DNA of 31,986 nt, taken from IMG/VR virus record IMGVR_UViG_3300033076_000815, positions 1 to 31,986 of that record. One strand, given 5' to 3'. Of the stretch, positions 8,813 to 17,640 are shown one piece after another (position 1 is the first letter of the stretch; each line of letters starts with the position of its first letter). A model generated the notes under the pieces. The model made no database searches, was not told the origin of the DNA, and saw nothing but the letters and a program-made list of their open reading frames with translations. A program made the translations under genes and the position numbers. Source of the DNA: a virus (Duplodnaviria > Caudoviricetes).

Positions 8813-9240
8813 GCTGGTTCGTCGAAGCGAAGGAACCCGTCGCGGTCGCCCTCGGGGCGTGCCTCTGCCCGGGCACGCCTCACGGCGACGGCGACACGGT
8901 CTATCTCCGTGCGGAGCTGGACTACGCGGGCGGCCTCCTCGTTCTCTCCGCGATGACCGGGGAGAGCGAGGAACCGCTTATCGCGCGTCTGTCGAAGGCG
9001 TACCTCCTCGCGGGGATCGCCTCGTGGACGTTCCTCGACGGCGAGGGCAAGCCCGTGCCGGCGTCGCATGCCAACATCTCCCGGCTCGCGTGGAATGGTC
9101 CGGCGATGACCATCGCGAACGCGGCCGCGGACCTGTACGGCGAGGCGGTGCTCGGCCCTTTGGGACTGACGGCGAGCGAGTCCTCGCCGAGTGGGCCATC
9201 GGAAGACTCGACCTCGCCAATCCCGTCCTCTGGGGACTAG
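8809..9240 (+). CDS. Tail assembly chaperone (G-like)
   Basis: Between tube and tape measure genes; IASWTFLDGEGKPVP motif. Confidence 0.85.
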   Translation: MSWFVEAKEPVAVALGACLCPGTPHGDGDTVYLRAELDYAGGLLVLSAMTGESEEPLIARLSKAYLLAGIASWTFLDGEGKPVPASHANISRLAWNGPAMTIANAAADLYGEAVLGPLGLTASESSPSGPSEDSTSPIPSSGD

Positions 9241-9428
9241 CACCGGAGGCCATCATGGCGATCCACGACGCCACCTACGCCACGCCGCCGACCTCGTACC
9301 GCGCCTTCCGCTGGCGCATGCTGCACCTCTTCGAGGAGCGGGTCGGCAAGCGCATCTCCGAGGCCAACCTCGACGCCGAGGCGCGTGAGGCCGCGGCCGT
9401 CGCGAACCTCAAGAGGAACATCGGATGA
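9156..9428 (+). CDS. -1 frameshift extension of the tail assembly chaperone (GT-like product 8809..9428)
   Basis: Slippery heptamer C CCT TTG at 9156-9162. The -1 frame is open to TGA 9428, which overlaps the tape measure ATG. Confidence 0.75.
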   Translation, partial: PFGTDGERVLAEWAIGRLDLANPVLWGLAPEAIMAIHDATYATPPTSYRAFRWRMLHLFEERVGKRISEANLDAEAREAAAVANLKRNIG

Positions 9429-11158
9429 GCGTCGCGGAGCAGGCCAACCTCGTCGTCGCCATCTCCCTGCGGGACCAGTTCTCCCCGTCCGTCAAGCGCC
9501 TTCAGACGAACCTCAAGACGCTCGACATGCAGACGGCCCAGCTGCAGCAGGGCATCGGCAAGATCGGGCAGGGCCTCTCCAAGGGCCTCCAGCGGTCCGC
9601 GGTCCTCGCCGCGGGCGCGGTCGGGCTGCTCGCGACGCAGGTCAAGGCGGGCGTCACCGAACTCCTTGAATGGGAGGACGCGACGCTCCAGGTCGAGGCG
9701 GCTATCAAGTCCACGAACGGCGTCGCCAAGGTCAACGTCGAGCTCACGCAGGACCTCGCGGAGAAGTACGCGGCCCTGTCACTTGCCGAGGACGACGTCA
9801 TCCTCGCCTCGCAGTCGCTTCTCCTGCGGTTCCCGCGCATCACGAAGGACGCCTTCGAGCCCGCGCTCGTCGCCGCCCTCGACCTCTCGCAGGCGATGGG
9901 GACCGACCTGCCGAGCGCCACGCGCGTCGTCGCCCGTGCCCTGAACGATCCCATCCGCGGCCTCTCTCGCCTCGAGCGTGCCGGCGTCTCGTTCACCGAG
10001 CAGGAGAAGAAGAAGATCAAGCGGCTCCAGGAGTCGGGCCGCACGATGGAAGCGCAGCGCCTCATCCTCCAGAAGCTGAACCGCGTCTACGGCGGCTCCG
10101 CGGAGCGCGCGACCATCGGCTACCGCGGCAAGGTGAAGCTCCTCACCGACCGCATCAAGGACCTCCAGCAGGCGCTCGCGAGCCCGCTGCTCGAGCCGCT
10201 GACGCGCGTCACCGAGGAGCTCACAAAGTTCGCCGCGTCCGAGGAAGTGAAGCAGGGCATCACCGATCTCGGAGAGGGCATCGCGAGCCTCTTCACGGCC
10301 GAGAACATCCAGACCGGCATCGACTCGATCAAGGACGGCTTCGGCTTCCTCCGCGACCTCCCATGGGCGAGCATCAAGGACGGCCTCCAGACGACCGCGG
10401 ACGTCGCCAAGAAGGCCGTCGACCTCTTCAAGAGCCTCCCGCCGGAGGTGCAGGGCGGCCTCGTCACCCTCCTCGCCGCGAACAAGCTCACCGGCGGCCT
10501 CGTCGCCTCCGGCCTCGGCGACATCGCAAGCTTCCTCCTGCGCAACCTCACGACCATCAACGCGACGGTCGTCAACGTCATCGGAGCATCGGTCAGTACC
10601 GGCGTACCCGGCGTAAAGGGAGCGCCGACTGGAGGCGGTGCCGGTGCGGCAATCGCACGAACCCTCGGTGCTGCCACGATCATCGCCGCTCCCGTCGTCA
10701 TCGCACACGAGCTCGGCGTCCCAGGAATGCTCGGTGGCCTGTCCCCCGGCTACAACGAGGCCAACGCTGCGCTCATGGACTTCGAGGGACGTCGCCAGGC
10801 CAACGAGGCCCGCGCCAGCGGTCGCGTCTTCAATCGCGTGGGCTTCTCTACGCTCAACGCAAGCATTCAGCGGCAGACCGAGGCGTTCTGGGAGACCTTC
10901 GACAAGAGCGTGGCCGAGGGCAAGCTCGACCGCGCCAAGTTGCAGGAGATCGCGCGCAAGGTCGCCGAGGGAAAGATCACGGTCCAGCAGGGCAACAACC
11001 GCCTCCAGAAGCTCGAAGAGCGCACCATCGAGCAGACCGCGGCCATCGCGGCGCAGGAGATGCGCGTCAACCTGCAGCCCTACATCCAGATCTCCGCCGC
11101 GCAGACCGGGAACGCCATCACGCTCGCGGCCACGGGTAGCCGCATCGTCATCCGCTGA
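9425..11158 (+). CDS. Tail tape measure protein
   Basis: 577 aa, Ala/Leu-rich and helical; ALDLSQAMGTDLPSATRVVARALNDPIRGLSRLERAGVSFTEQEK is a typical TMP segment; follows the chaperones. Confidence 0.95.
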   Translation: MSVAEQANLVVAISLRDQFSPSVKRLQTNLKTLDMQTAQLQQGIGKIGQGLSKGLQRSAVLAAGAVGLLATQVKAGVTELLEWEDATLQVEAAIKSTNGVAKVNVELTQDLAEKYAALSLAEDDVILASQSLLLRFPRITKDAFEPALVAALDLSQAMGTDLPSATRVVARALNDPIRGLSRLERAGVSFTEQEKKKIKRLQESGRTMEAQRLILQKLNRVYGGSAERATIGYRGKVKLLTDRIKDLQQALASPLLEPLTRVTEELTKFAASEEVKQGITDLGEGIASLFTAENIQTGIDSIKDGFGFLRDLPWASIKDGLQTTADVAKKAVDLFKSLPPEVQGGLVTLLAANKLTGGLVASGLGDIASFLLRNLTTINATVVNVIGASVSTGVPGVKGAPTGGGAGAAIARTLGAATIIAAPVVIAHELGVPGMLGGLSPGYNEANAALMDFEGRRQANEARASGRVFNRVGFSTLNASIQRQTEAFWETFDKSVAEGKLDRAKLQEIARKVAEGKITVQQGNNRLQKLEERTIEQTAAIAAQEMRVNLQPYIQISAAQTGNAITLAATGSRIVIR

Positions 11159-12744
11159 TGGGCCTCACGTTCGAGATCGACGGCTCGGCCGTCTCGGACC
11201 GCGTCCGCTTCTCCGAGTGGGACCTCACCGAGTACGCCTACCGCGGCCAGGTCGGCACCGGCGTCCTCGTCATGGTCGACGACACGGCGTCCTACCTGCC
11301 GCCCGCGCAGAAGCGCCTCGAGGTCGTGAACATCGTCTCGGGGAGCAACTCGCTCCTCTTCTCGGGCTTCCTCGCGGAGCGCACCGCGGAGAAGGGACGG
11401 GCGGCACCGGGTGGCCGGCAGTGGTCCGTCACCATCGAGGACATCAACGCCCGCCTCGATGACCGCATCATCACCGACGCGATGCAGGGGACGAAGAAGC
11501 GCGAGGCCGAGACCGACCGCCAGCGCATCCTCTGGCTCCTCTCGCTCGGGGCCATGACCGGCATCACGGCGGGCTACGTCCCGACCGGCGACAACGTCGA
11601 CATGGACGCCATCGACTACCGCGGCAAGAAGCCGCGCGACGTCCTCGAGGATTGCGCGCAGGCCGCCGGGAAGAACTTCTACCTCTACAGCAACTCTCCT
11701 GGCGACGTCCGCCTCTGGTACGCGAAGTCCGACGCGGAGGAGAGTCCCGGCCTGCCGCTGTACCGCTCGTCGGTCACGATCACCGACGACGCGAGCGCGG
11801 TGAACTCCACGACCCACTTCGCGCCCTACGGCGTCCGCCTCTCGCTCGACCCGTCGCGCGTCTACTCGCGCGTCCGCATCCGCTACAAGGGCGGCGCGAG
11901 CACGACGGCACAGAACGACACGACCGCGAGCACCTACCGAGTCCGGGAGATCTACCGTCGCTACATGAGGGCCAAGACCGCGGCGAAGGCGCAGAGCCTC
12001 GCGCAGGGCTGGCTCACGCGCGCCTCGCAGGAGCAGGCGACCATCTCGCTCTCGGTCAACTTCCCGGCCGCCTACGTCAACGAGGTCCGTGCCGGCCACG
12101 CGCTCAAGCTCGAGCTCTCGCGCTACGACATCAACGCCTACTACCGCGTCATCCGCCGCACCATCCGCCAGGTCACCGACGAGCTCTACGCCCTCGACCT
12201 CGACTTCGAGGACAAGGTGCGCCCGACCGCTCTGCAGGGTCCGGCCATCGAGAACCCCGACGCCGAGGAGATGTCCAACGGGACCGACACCGACCAGTCG
12301 GTCGTCATCGACTCCGACGGCATCGCGGTCGTCGGCGGTGCGATCTCCGTCACGAACGGCAACGGCACCGTCATCATCGACGGCTCGTCCGACTTCTTCT
12401 CCATCGTCGCCTCCGGGACCCTCACGATCCCTGCGACGAGCCTCAAGGGCCAGACCTACCAGTCGGTGTCGGTCGTCACGGGCCTCGAGTACGACCCATC
12501 CGCGCTCTTCTTCGCCCGCGTCCCGTCCTCTGACGGGAAGGGCAACTGGTCGCAGCCGACGCCCATCATGGACCTCTCGGCCTCCGGTACCATCCTCCGC
12601 ATGGTCACGGGCAGGGCGCGGTACGTCGCGGGCACGACGGGCACCTCGGCGCGCACGCAGGTACAGGTCATGCGGTTCACCTCGTCGCCGCCGGAGGGCT
12701 CCGTCACCGTGCGCTACTACATCCTGCAGAAGACGGCCATCTGA
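11158..12744 (+). CDS. Minor tail/tail-tip hub protein
   Basis: 528 aa immediately after the TMP; beta-rich; VRAGHALKL...YYRVIRRTI resembles hub-protein C-terminal segments. Confidence 0.7.
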   Translation: MGLTFEIDGSAVSDRVRFSEWDLTEYAYRGQVGTGVLVMVDDTASYLPPAQKRLEVVNIVSGSNSLLFSGFLAERTAEKGRAAPGGRQWSVTIEDINARLDDRIITDAMQGTKKREAETDRQRILWLLSLGAMTGITAGYVPTGDNVDMDAIDYRGKKPRDVLEDCAQAAGKNFYLYSNSPGDVRLWYAKSDAEESPGLPLYRSSVTITDDASAVNSTTHFAPYGVRLSLDPSRVYSRVRIRYKGGASTTAQNDTTASTYRVREIYRRYMRAKTAAKAQSLAQGWLTRASQEQATISLSVNFPAAYVNEVRAGHALKLELSRYDINAYYRVIRRTIRQVTDELYALDLDFEDKVRPTALQGPAIENPDAEEMSNGTDTDQSVVIDSDGIAVVGGAISVTNGNGTVIIDGSSDFFSIVASGTLTIPATSLKGQTYQSVSVVTGLEYDPSALFFARVPSSDGKGNWSQPTPIMDLSASGTILRMVTGRARYVAGTTGTSARTQVQVMRFTSSPPEGSVTVRYYILQKTAI

Positions 12745-14078
12745 TGACCGACCCCATCGACCGCCCGTACTTCCCGGCCAACGAGCCAGGAGCGCAGCAG
12801 GAAGGCGTCGACGCGCCCGGGTTCTTCTCGGCCACGTCCGACTTCATGAACGGCGGCGTCTACAACGGCACGTTCCGCCTCGGGCCGCCGCAGTCGGCCT
12901 CGAACATCGACGTCGCCTCGACGATCATCGGGTCGAACTTCGTCCCCGGCTGGCGCTTCGTACAGTCGAGCAACACGAACATCACCGGCTCGCACCTCCG
13001 CAACACCGCGGCACCCGCGGGCTCGAACTTCCGGTTCACCTACAAGAGCGGCGCGGCCACGGACGAGGCGTTCATCGAGCAGCTCATCGACGTGACCGGC
13101 TCCGCGGTGAGCAGCGACGACGCCTACCGTGCGACCGTCCTGCCGACCGGTGCGAACTTCGACGCGGCCGTCCGGGTGCAGTACCTCATGGCCGACGGAA
13201 CCATCACCGGAGGCGAGGGAGAGGCCGCCTATTCGCTCGTCGCCGGGACGCGCAAGAGCATCGTCCTGCGGAGCTCGCTCCCGACGAATGCCAAGTACGC
13301 CCGCCTCCGCGTCCTCACCGACCGAGGAGCGGCGGCGACGTCGGCGACCGGCACGGTCGACGTCCTAGAGGTCAAGCGTGACCGACCGGCGACGCAGGTC
13401 GCGCTTTCGGACGTCAACGACCCGGACGCGAACGACCCGTCGAACATCTACCAGTACGACGGCGACCTCGTCGTCATCCCGAGCACGGCGACGAAGCAGA
13501 TCGTCCATGTCGGCGGCACCAGCTATCCGGCCACGACGACGCACAGCACCGCCAGCGGCGGCGACTGGATCGTCTCGTCCTCGTCGTTCGTCAACGTCCA
13601 CGGCTTCTACGACAACGCGCAGGCCGAGAAGTACACCTTCACCAACTCGACCGGCGGGAGCAACCTCCTCCTCGGCTGGTCCATCATGCCCATCGTTCTC
13701 TCCCGAACGAACATCGGCGCGACCGTCACGAACGCACGCCTCGCGTTCCCGACCGAGGCCGCGGGCCCGCAGTACTTCGGCATCCCGTTCCCGACGCACC
13801 TTGTCGGCATCACCATCGCGCACAACGGCACGATCACCGCGGGGAACATCGTCGTCGACGTCACGAGCGGGCTGGCCGGAACGGTCATCATCAACGACAT
13901 CTGCACCTTCACCTCGACGTCGGCGACCGAGTTCCGCTTCACCTACCCGCTCGGGACGCATCAGTTCGCCGCGGGCGTTTCTCCGGGCGTCGCCCTTACG
14001 TCAAGCGGCCTGTCTCCGACTACGGTCGACGTCGCGGCGATCCTCTTCCTCGCCACGCCCATCACGGGTGGCCTCTGA
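12744..14078 (+). CDS. Tail fibre/receptor-binding-like minor tail protein
   Basis: 444 aa, Thr/Ser/Gly-rich; LPTNAKYARLRV resembles carbohydrate-binding jelly-roll modules; end of the tail module. Confidence 0.6.
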   Translation: MTDPIDRPYFPANEPGAQQEGVDAPGFFSATSDFMNGGVYNGTFRLGPPQSASNIDVASTIIGSNFVPGWRFVQSSNTNITGSHLRNTAAPAGSNFRFTYKSGAATDEAFIEQLIDVTGSAVSSDDAYRATVLPTGANFDAAVRVQYLMADGTITGGEGEAAYSLVAGTRKSIVLRSSLPTNAKYARLRVLTDRGAAATSATGTVDVLEVKRDRPATQVALSDVNDPDANDPSNIYQYDGDLVVIPSTATKQIVHVGGTSYPATTTHSTASGGDWIVSSSSFVNVHGFYDNAQAEKYTFTNSTGGSNLLLGWSIMPIVLSRTNIGATVTNARLAFPTEAAGPQYFGIPFPTHLVGITIAHNGTITAGNIVVDVTSGLAGTVIINDICTFTSTSATEFRFTYPLGTHQFAAGVSPGVALTSSGLSPTTVDVAAILFLATPITGGL

Positions 14079-14365
14079 TGGCGGCCTTCCTCGTGGCATG
14101 GAACGAGAACGGCGACATCGTCGCCACCCTCGACGGCCTCTTCCTCGAAGGCCAGGCGGTCGACCTCCTCGCAGCGGAGGCCGCGGGACGGAAGATGCGC
14201 GACCTCTGGCTCGTGGCCGGGGCCATCGGCTCGGGCACCTGGCCGGTCAACATCGGCGGCGAGGCGCACCGCTACCGCGTCGAGCTCGACCCCGAGCAGC
14301 CGCACCGCGTCATCGCCCTCGTCCACCGCGACACCGGAGAACGCATCGAGCGCGTGGTAGGCTAG
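14078..14365 (+). CDS. Hypothetical protein (possible tail fibre accessory)
   Basis: 95 aa, TGATG-coupled to the previous gene, last gene before a terminator. Confidence 0.7.
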   Translation: MAAFLVAWNENGDIVATLDGLFLEGQAVDLLAAEAAGRKMRDLWLVAGAIGSGTWPVNIGGEAHRYRVELDPEQPHRVIALVHRDTGERIERVVG

Positions 14366-14390
14366 TACCCGTCTCCTCTTTCTCTCCGGC

Positions 14391-14434
14391 CCGCCCTCGG
14401 GGGAACCTCCTCCCCTCCGGGGGCGGTTCCGTTT
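14391..14434 (+). terminator. Terminator ending the late/tail operon
   Basis: 13-bp stem CCGCCCTCGGGGG (14391-14403) / CCTCCGGGGGCGG (14414-14426) with two G-U pairs, followed by TTCCGTTT. Confidence 0.7.
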
Positions 14435-14441
14435 CCGGGAC

Positions 14442-14475
14442 TTGCACGATTGCACGGCGGCGCGCATAATGCGCC
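14442..14475 (+). promoter_or_regulatory. Early promoter with palindrome over the -10 box
   Basis: TTGCAC-17 bp-CATAAT; GCGCA-TAA-TGCGC inverted repeat centred on the -10 box. Confidence 0.75.
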
Positions 14476-14509
14476 TGTGCCGCACGTCGCGGCCGGAGAA
14501 GGAGACACG

Positions 14510-14692
14510 ATGGAGTACCTCACCCTCGCGGAGGCAGCCGCGTCCCTCGGCCTGGCGCCGGCGACGCTGCGCTCGCAGATCCGCAACCGCGCCATCACCG
14601 GCCGCCGCGTCGGTCCGGTGTGGACGATCTCGCGCGACGAGGTCGAGCGGTACCGGGAGAAGTCCCTCGGGCGGCAGGGCGGCCGCAAGTAG
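14510..14692 (+). CDS. Excisionase/MerR-like helix-turn-helix DNA-binding protein (HTH_17-like)
   Basis: MEYLTLAEAAASLGLAPATLRSQIRNRAITGRRVGPVWTISRDEVERY; AAGGAG RBS before ATG 14510. Confidence 0.85.
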   Translation: MEYLTLAEAAASLGLAPATLRSQIRNRAITGRRVGPVWTISRDEVERYREKSLGRQGGRK

Positions 14693-14711
14693 CAGAGAGA
14701 GAGGAGACACC

Positions 14712-14927
14712 ATGAACGTCGACGTCGAGGACCTCATCGCGCGGGTGCGCGCCACGATCCGCGTCGAGTACATCGAGTACGCGAGCAGGAAGCGCAAGGA
14801 CCGCGAGCTCGATCGCATCGCCGAGTACCTCGAGGGCTACGAGGTCGCCGCGGACACCATCGAGAAGGACCTGTCCCGCATCATCCACTACGCGGTCGTC
14901 GACCAGCAGAAGGCGAGCGAGTCGTGA
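14712..14927 (+). CDS. Hypothetical protein (71 aa)
   Basis: GAGGAG RBS, ATG 14712, typical codon usage, GTGA overlap with the next gene. Confidence 0.8.
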   Translation: MNVDVEDLIARVRATIRVEYIEYASRKRKDRELDRIAEYLEGYEVAADTIEKDLSRIIHYAVVDQQKASES

Positions 14928-15709
14928 ACCTCGAGGAGCGCGACCCGCGCAAGGTTCTCTCCAAGTCCTTCCTCGTGGGTGCCGACATGTGCGGCGAGCG
15001 CGCGTGGCGCGACATCCACGATCCGCGGCCGTTCTACATGACCGAGAAGGTGGCCTTCGGCAAGGTCGTCGACGCGGCCCTCCAGAAGCTCGTCGAGACG
15101 TGGAACGCCGGGGCGACGGACGTGACCGCATCCATCGACCACGCGGTCGCCACGGTGGCCGAGGCGTCGATGGTGAGCATCCCCGAGGTGCAGCGGGCGG
15201 TCGAGGACTTCTGGCCTCTCCTGGCCGACTTCGACTGGGCCGAGGCGCGCATCCAGCCTGAGCTCAACGCGACGATCCCCGGCGTCGGTGACGTCAACGG
15301 GCACCCGGACTTCATCCTCCGGGACGGCACCCTCCTCGACATCAAGACCGCGGCCCGGGCCAAGCCGGAGAACGCCGCGGCGCAGAGCCCGCTCGAGCTC
15401 GGCTTCTACGCGCTCTCCTGCCTCTGGGCCGGGGAGCCGGTGAAGCGGGTCGGGTACATCACCTGGGTCCGCACGAAGTCGCCCTCGTGGCAGGTCCTCG
15501 TCGCGGACGTGGACGACCGGATGCTCGATGCGGCATGGCAGCGCGCCTTCCGTCGGGCCAACAACCTCCGGGCGGACGCGAACGTCAACACCGGGGGCTT
15601 CCCGGCGGTCAACGTGTCCTTCGGCAACGGGCCGAAGTACGCGGGGCTGTGCAATACTTGCGCGCATAACCCGTCGAACGGCGGCGGGTGCGAGATCGCA
15701 GAGGAGTAG
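14924..15709 (+). CDS. Cas4/AddB-like PD-(D/E)xK exonuclease (recombination)
   Basis: GHPDFIL...LLDIKT catalytic motifs; one N-terminal Cys (DMCGER) and three C-terminal Cys (CNTC...C), the Fe-S staple pattern; adjacent to an annealase. Confidence 0.85.
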   Translation: MNLEERDPRKVLSKSFLVGADMCGERAWRDIHDPRPFYMTEKVAFGKVVDAALQKLVETWNAGATDVTASIDHAVATVAEASMVSIPEVQRAVEDFWPLLADFDWAEARIQPELNATIPGVGDVNGHPDFILRDGTLLDIKTAARAKPENAAAQSPLELGFYALSCLWAGEPVKRVGYITWVRTKSPSWQVLVADVDDRMLDAAWQRAFRRANNLRADANVNTGGFPAVNVSFGNGPKYAGLCNTCAHNPSNGGGCEIAEE

Positions 15710-15714
15710 GAGAC

Positions 15715-16350
15715 ATGGCGAAGAACTTCGCGGCCGACTACGTCACGGTCGCAGAGCGCATCGAGGCGTTCTACAAGGCGTACCCGGAGGGGAGCATTCA
15801 GTCGGACATCATCGAGATGACCGACAAGCGCGTCGTCGTCCGGGCGATGGCCTACCGCAACACCGAGGACCCGCGTCCCGGCATCGGCCACTCGTCGATG
15901 AACATCCCGGGCTCGACGCCCTACACCCGCGGCTCGGAGCTCGAGAACACCGAGACCTCGGCATGGGGCCGCGCCATCGCGGCGCTCGGCTTCGAGACCA
16001 AGGCGGGCATCGCGAGCGCCGACGAGATCCGCAACAAGTCGAACGACGACGCAGGACCGCGCACAACGGCCCAGAACGCCCCGCCACGGCCCGAGACGCC
16101 CCGGAGCGCTGTCCAGTCCCCTCCGCCGGTCGAGGGCGCCCTCACGGTCGGCCAGGCACTCGACGCCCTGAAGATGGCGGGCATCGACTCCAAGGCGATC
16201 TCCGCCAAGGGCAAGGAGATGTTCGGCCAGTGGTCGCTCAAGGAGATGACCGGCGAGCAGCGCGCGGCCCTCGTGGCCGAGCTCACCGGCCTCGTCCCGA
16301 TGCCGCCCGACCTACCGCCCGCGGAGGACTTCGACGACATCCCGTTCTAG
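15715..16350 (+). CDS. Rad52/Sak-like single-strand annealing protein
   Basis: DYVTVAERIEAF and LENTETSAWGRAIAALGF...IASADE motifs; AGGAG RBS before ATG 15715; ends in DFDDIPF. Confidence 0.8.
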   Translation: MAKNFAADYVTVAERIEAFYKAYPEGSIQSDIIEMTDKRVVVRAMAYRNTEDPRPGIGHSSMNIPGSTPYTRGSELENTETSAWGRAIAALGFETKAGIASADEIRNKSNDDAGPRTTAQNAPPRPETPRSAVQSPPPVEGALTVGQALDALKMAGIDSKAISAKGKEMFGQWSLKEMTGEQRAALVAELTGLVPMPPDLPPAEDFDDIPF

Positions 16351-16352
16351 GT

Positions 16353-16387
16353 TTGACAATCTGCACGGCGGGGCGCAGACTGCGCCC
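16353..16387 (+). promoter_or_regulatory. Second early promoter related to the one at 14442
   Basis: TTGACA-17 bp-CAGACT; GGGCGCA-GAC-TGCGCCC inverted repeat over the -10 box; 22/25 identity to 14451-14475. Confidence 0.75.
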
Positions 16388-16423
16388 TGCCGGCAGCAGC
16401 CGGAGAGAGACAGAGGAGACGAG

Positions 16424-16642
16424 ATGAGGAACTACGGGGAGCTTCGGAAGCACGAGTACGTCGGGCTCCGGGTGTCGCGGTGCTGGGGCATCGACCCCGA
16501 GACCGGCGCGCGGAAGTGCTACACGCAGGTCAAGCACGACTGCCCGATGAAGAAGCACGAGCGGAGGCTCACGGTCATCACGGGCATCGGCGTCGCGATC
16601 CTCGGCGTGGTCAACGGCTGGCTCTTCATGGCGGCCCTGTGA
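16424..16642 (+). CDS. Small protein with C-terminal transmembrane helix
   Basis: 72 aa, GAGGAG RBS; LTVITGIGVAILGVVNGWLFMAAL. Confidence 0.75.
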   Translation: MRNYGELRKHEYVGLRVSRCWGIDPETGARKCYTQVKHDCPMKKHERRLTVITGIGVAILGVVNGWLFMAAL

Positions 16643-16869
16643 TGCAGGTGAACCGCATCTACCCGGTCATGCACATGCAGCCGCTCGTCCCCGGACGGAT
16701 GGGCGTCGTGAACCTCCCGACCGTCAACGTCCTCGATGACGAGACGCCGACCATCTGCCCGGCCTGCGCTCACGGCTTCGAGGTCGGCGACGTCGTGCGC
16801 TACGTCCACGAGCCCATCGGCTACGTCTGGGTCCACGACCGCGACGTGATCACCGATGCGCGGGACTGA
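16642..16869 (+). CDS. Small CxxC-containing hypothetical protein
   Basis: ATG 16642 in a TGATG overlap; CPACAHGFEVGDVV...WVH. Confidence 0.65.
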   Translation: MQVNRIYPVMHMQPLVPGRMGVVNLPTVNVLDDETPTICPACAHGFEVGDVVRYVHEPIGYVWVHDRDVITDARD

Positions 16870-17065
16870 CCGCCGGTTCATCCGCGACATGCCCGAGTGG
16901 GGCGACTTCATGCGGTCCGATCACCAGCGCGACGTCCACTGCCTGACTGGAACGGTGGCCGGGTGCATGTGGTGCGAGCGGTCGCAGGAGATCGATGACA
17001 TGTTCGTCGTCGCGAGCCAGGAGATCGAGGCCCGCATGCAGGGCACCCTCTGGGACGGGCAGTGA
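16856..17065 (+). CDS. Small hypothetical protein (H-C...CxxC)
   Basis: 69 aa, overlaps both neighbours, typical codon usage. Confidence 0.6.
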   Translation: MRGTDRRFIRDMPEWGDFMRSDHQRDVHCLTGTVAGCMWCERSQEIDDMFVVASQEIEARMQGTLWDGQ

Positions 17066-17640
17066 CGATGTCCCGCTACATCACCCCCGGCACGAGCCAC
17101 TACGAGCGCGCCCGCCTCTTCGGTGAGGCGCTCCGGCAGGCGCGTCTCCGCGCGAACCTCGGCACCCGCAAGGTGTCGGAGGCGGCGCAGGTGACGCGCA
17201 CGCAGGTCATGCACTACGAGCAGGGCCGCAACATCCCGTCCGTCATCGTCGCCGCACGGATCGCCGCGGCGCTCGACGACCGGAGCCTCCTCCAGATGGC
17301 TCAGGAGGCCAGGCAGCGCGAGTGCCTTCGCTGTAAGGCGACGATCCTCGCCAACACCGGCCGCCCTGCCACCTACTGCTCCGAGGCGTGCCGGCAGCTC
17401 ATGAACAAGGCGCAGCGCAAGCCGGTCGAGCGGGACGTCCGCGTCCTCTCGGCCGAGGTGCGCACCTACCGGCGGCGCATCGCGGAGATGTGCGGCCAGT
17501 GCCCGGACGGGGAGGACGGCTTCTGCCGCCTCGCGGCCTGTCCGTTGCGCTCCGTCTCCCCGCTCCCGTTCGCCCTCGACCGGACTCCCGTCAAGGTGGC
17601 CGTGCCCATCGTGCGCAGGCCGCGACGTGCCCGGGTCTGA
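17062..17640 (+). CDS. XRE-type HTH protein with two Cys-rich zinc-binding regions (paralog A)
   Basis: FGEALRQARLRANLG...YEQGRNIPS HTH_3-like domain; CLRC...YCSEAC; CGQC...FCRLAACPLRSVSPLP. Confidence 0.8.
   Translation: MTMSRYITPGTSHYERARLFGEALRQARLRANLGTRKVSEAAQVTRTQVMHYEQGRNIPSVIVAARIAAALDDRSLLQMAQEARQRECLRCKATILANTGRPATYCSEACRQLMNKAQRKPVERDVRVLSAEVRTYRRRIAEMCGQCPDGEDGFCRLAACPLRSVSPLPFALDRTPVKVAVPIVRRPRRARV

Noticed and set aside
14510-14692. Excisionase implying an integration module
   Set aside because: No tyrosine or serine recombinase ORF or att-like site was recognised. This HTH family also includes plain regulators.
14924-15709. Cas4-like gene as evidence of a CRISPR-Cas system
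   Set aside because: No repeat-spacer array or other cas genes are visible. Its pairing with an annealase indicates a phage recombination exonuclease.
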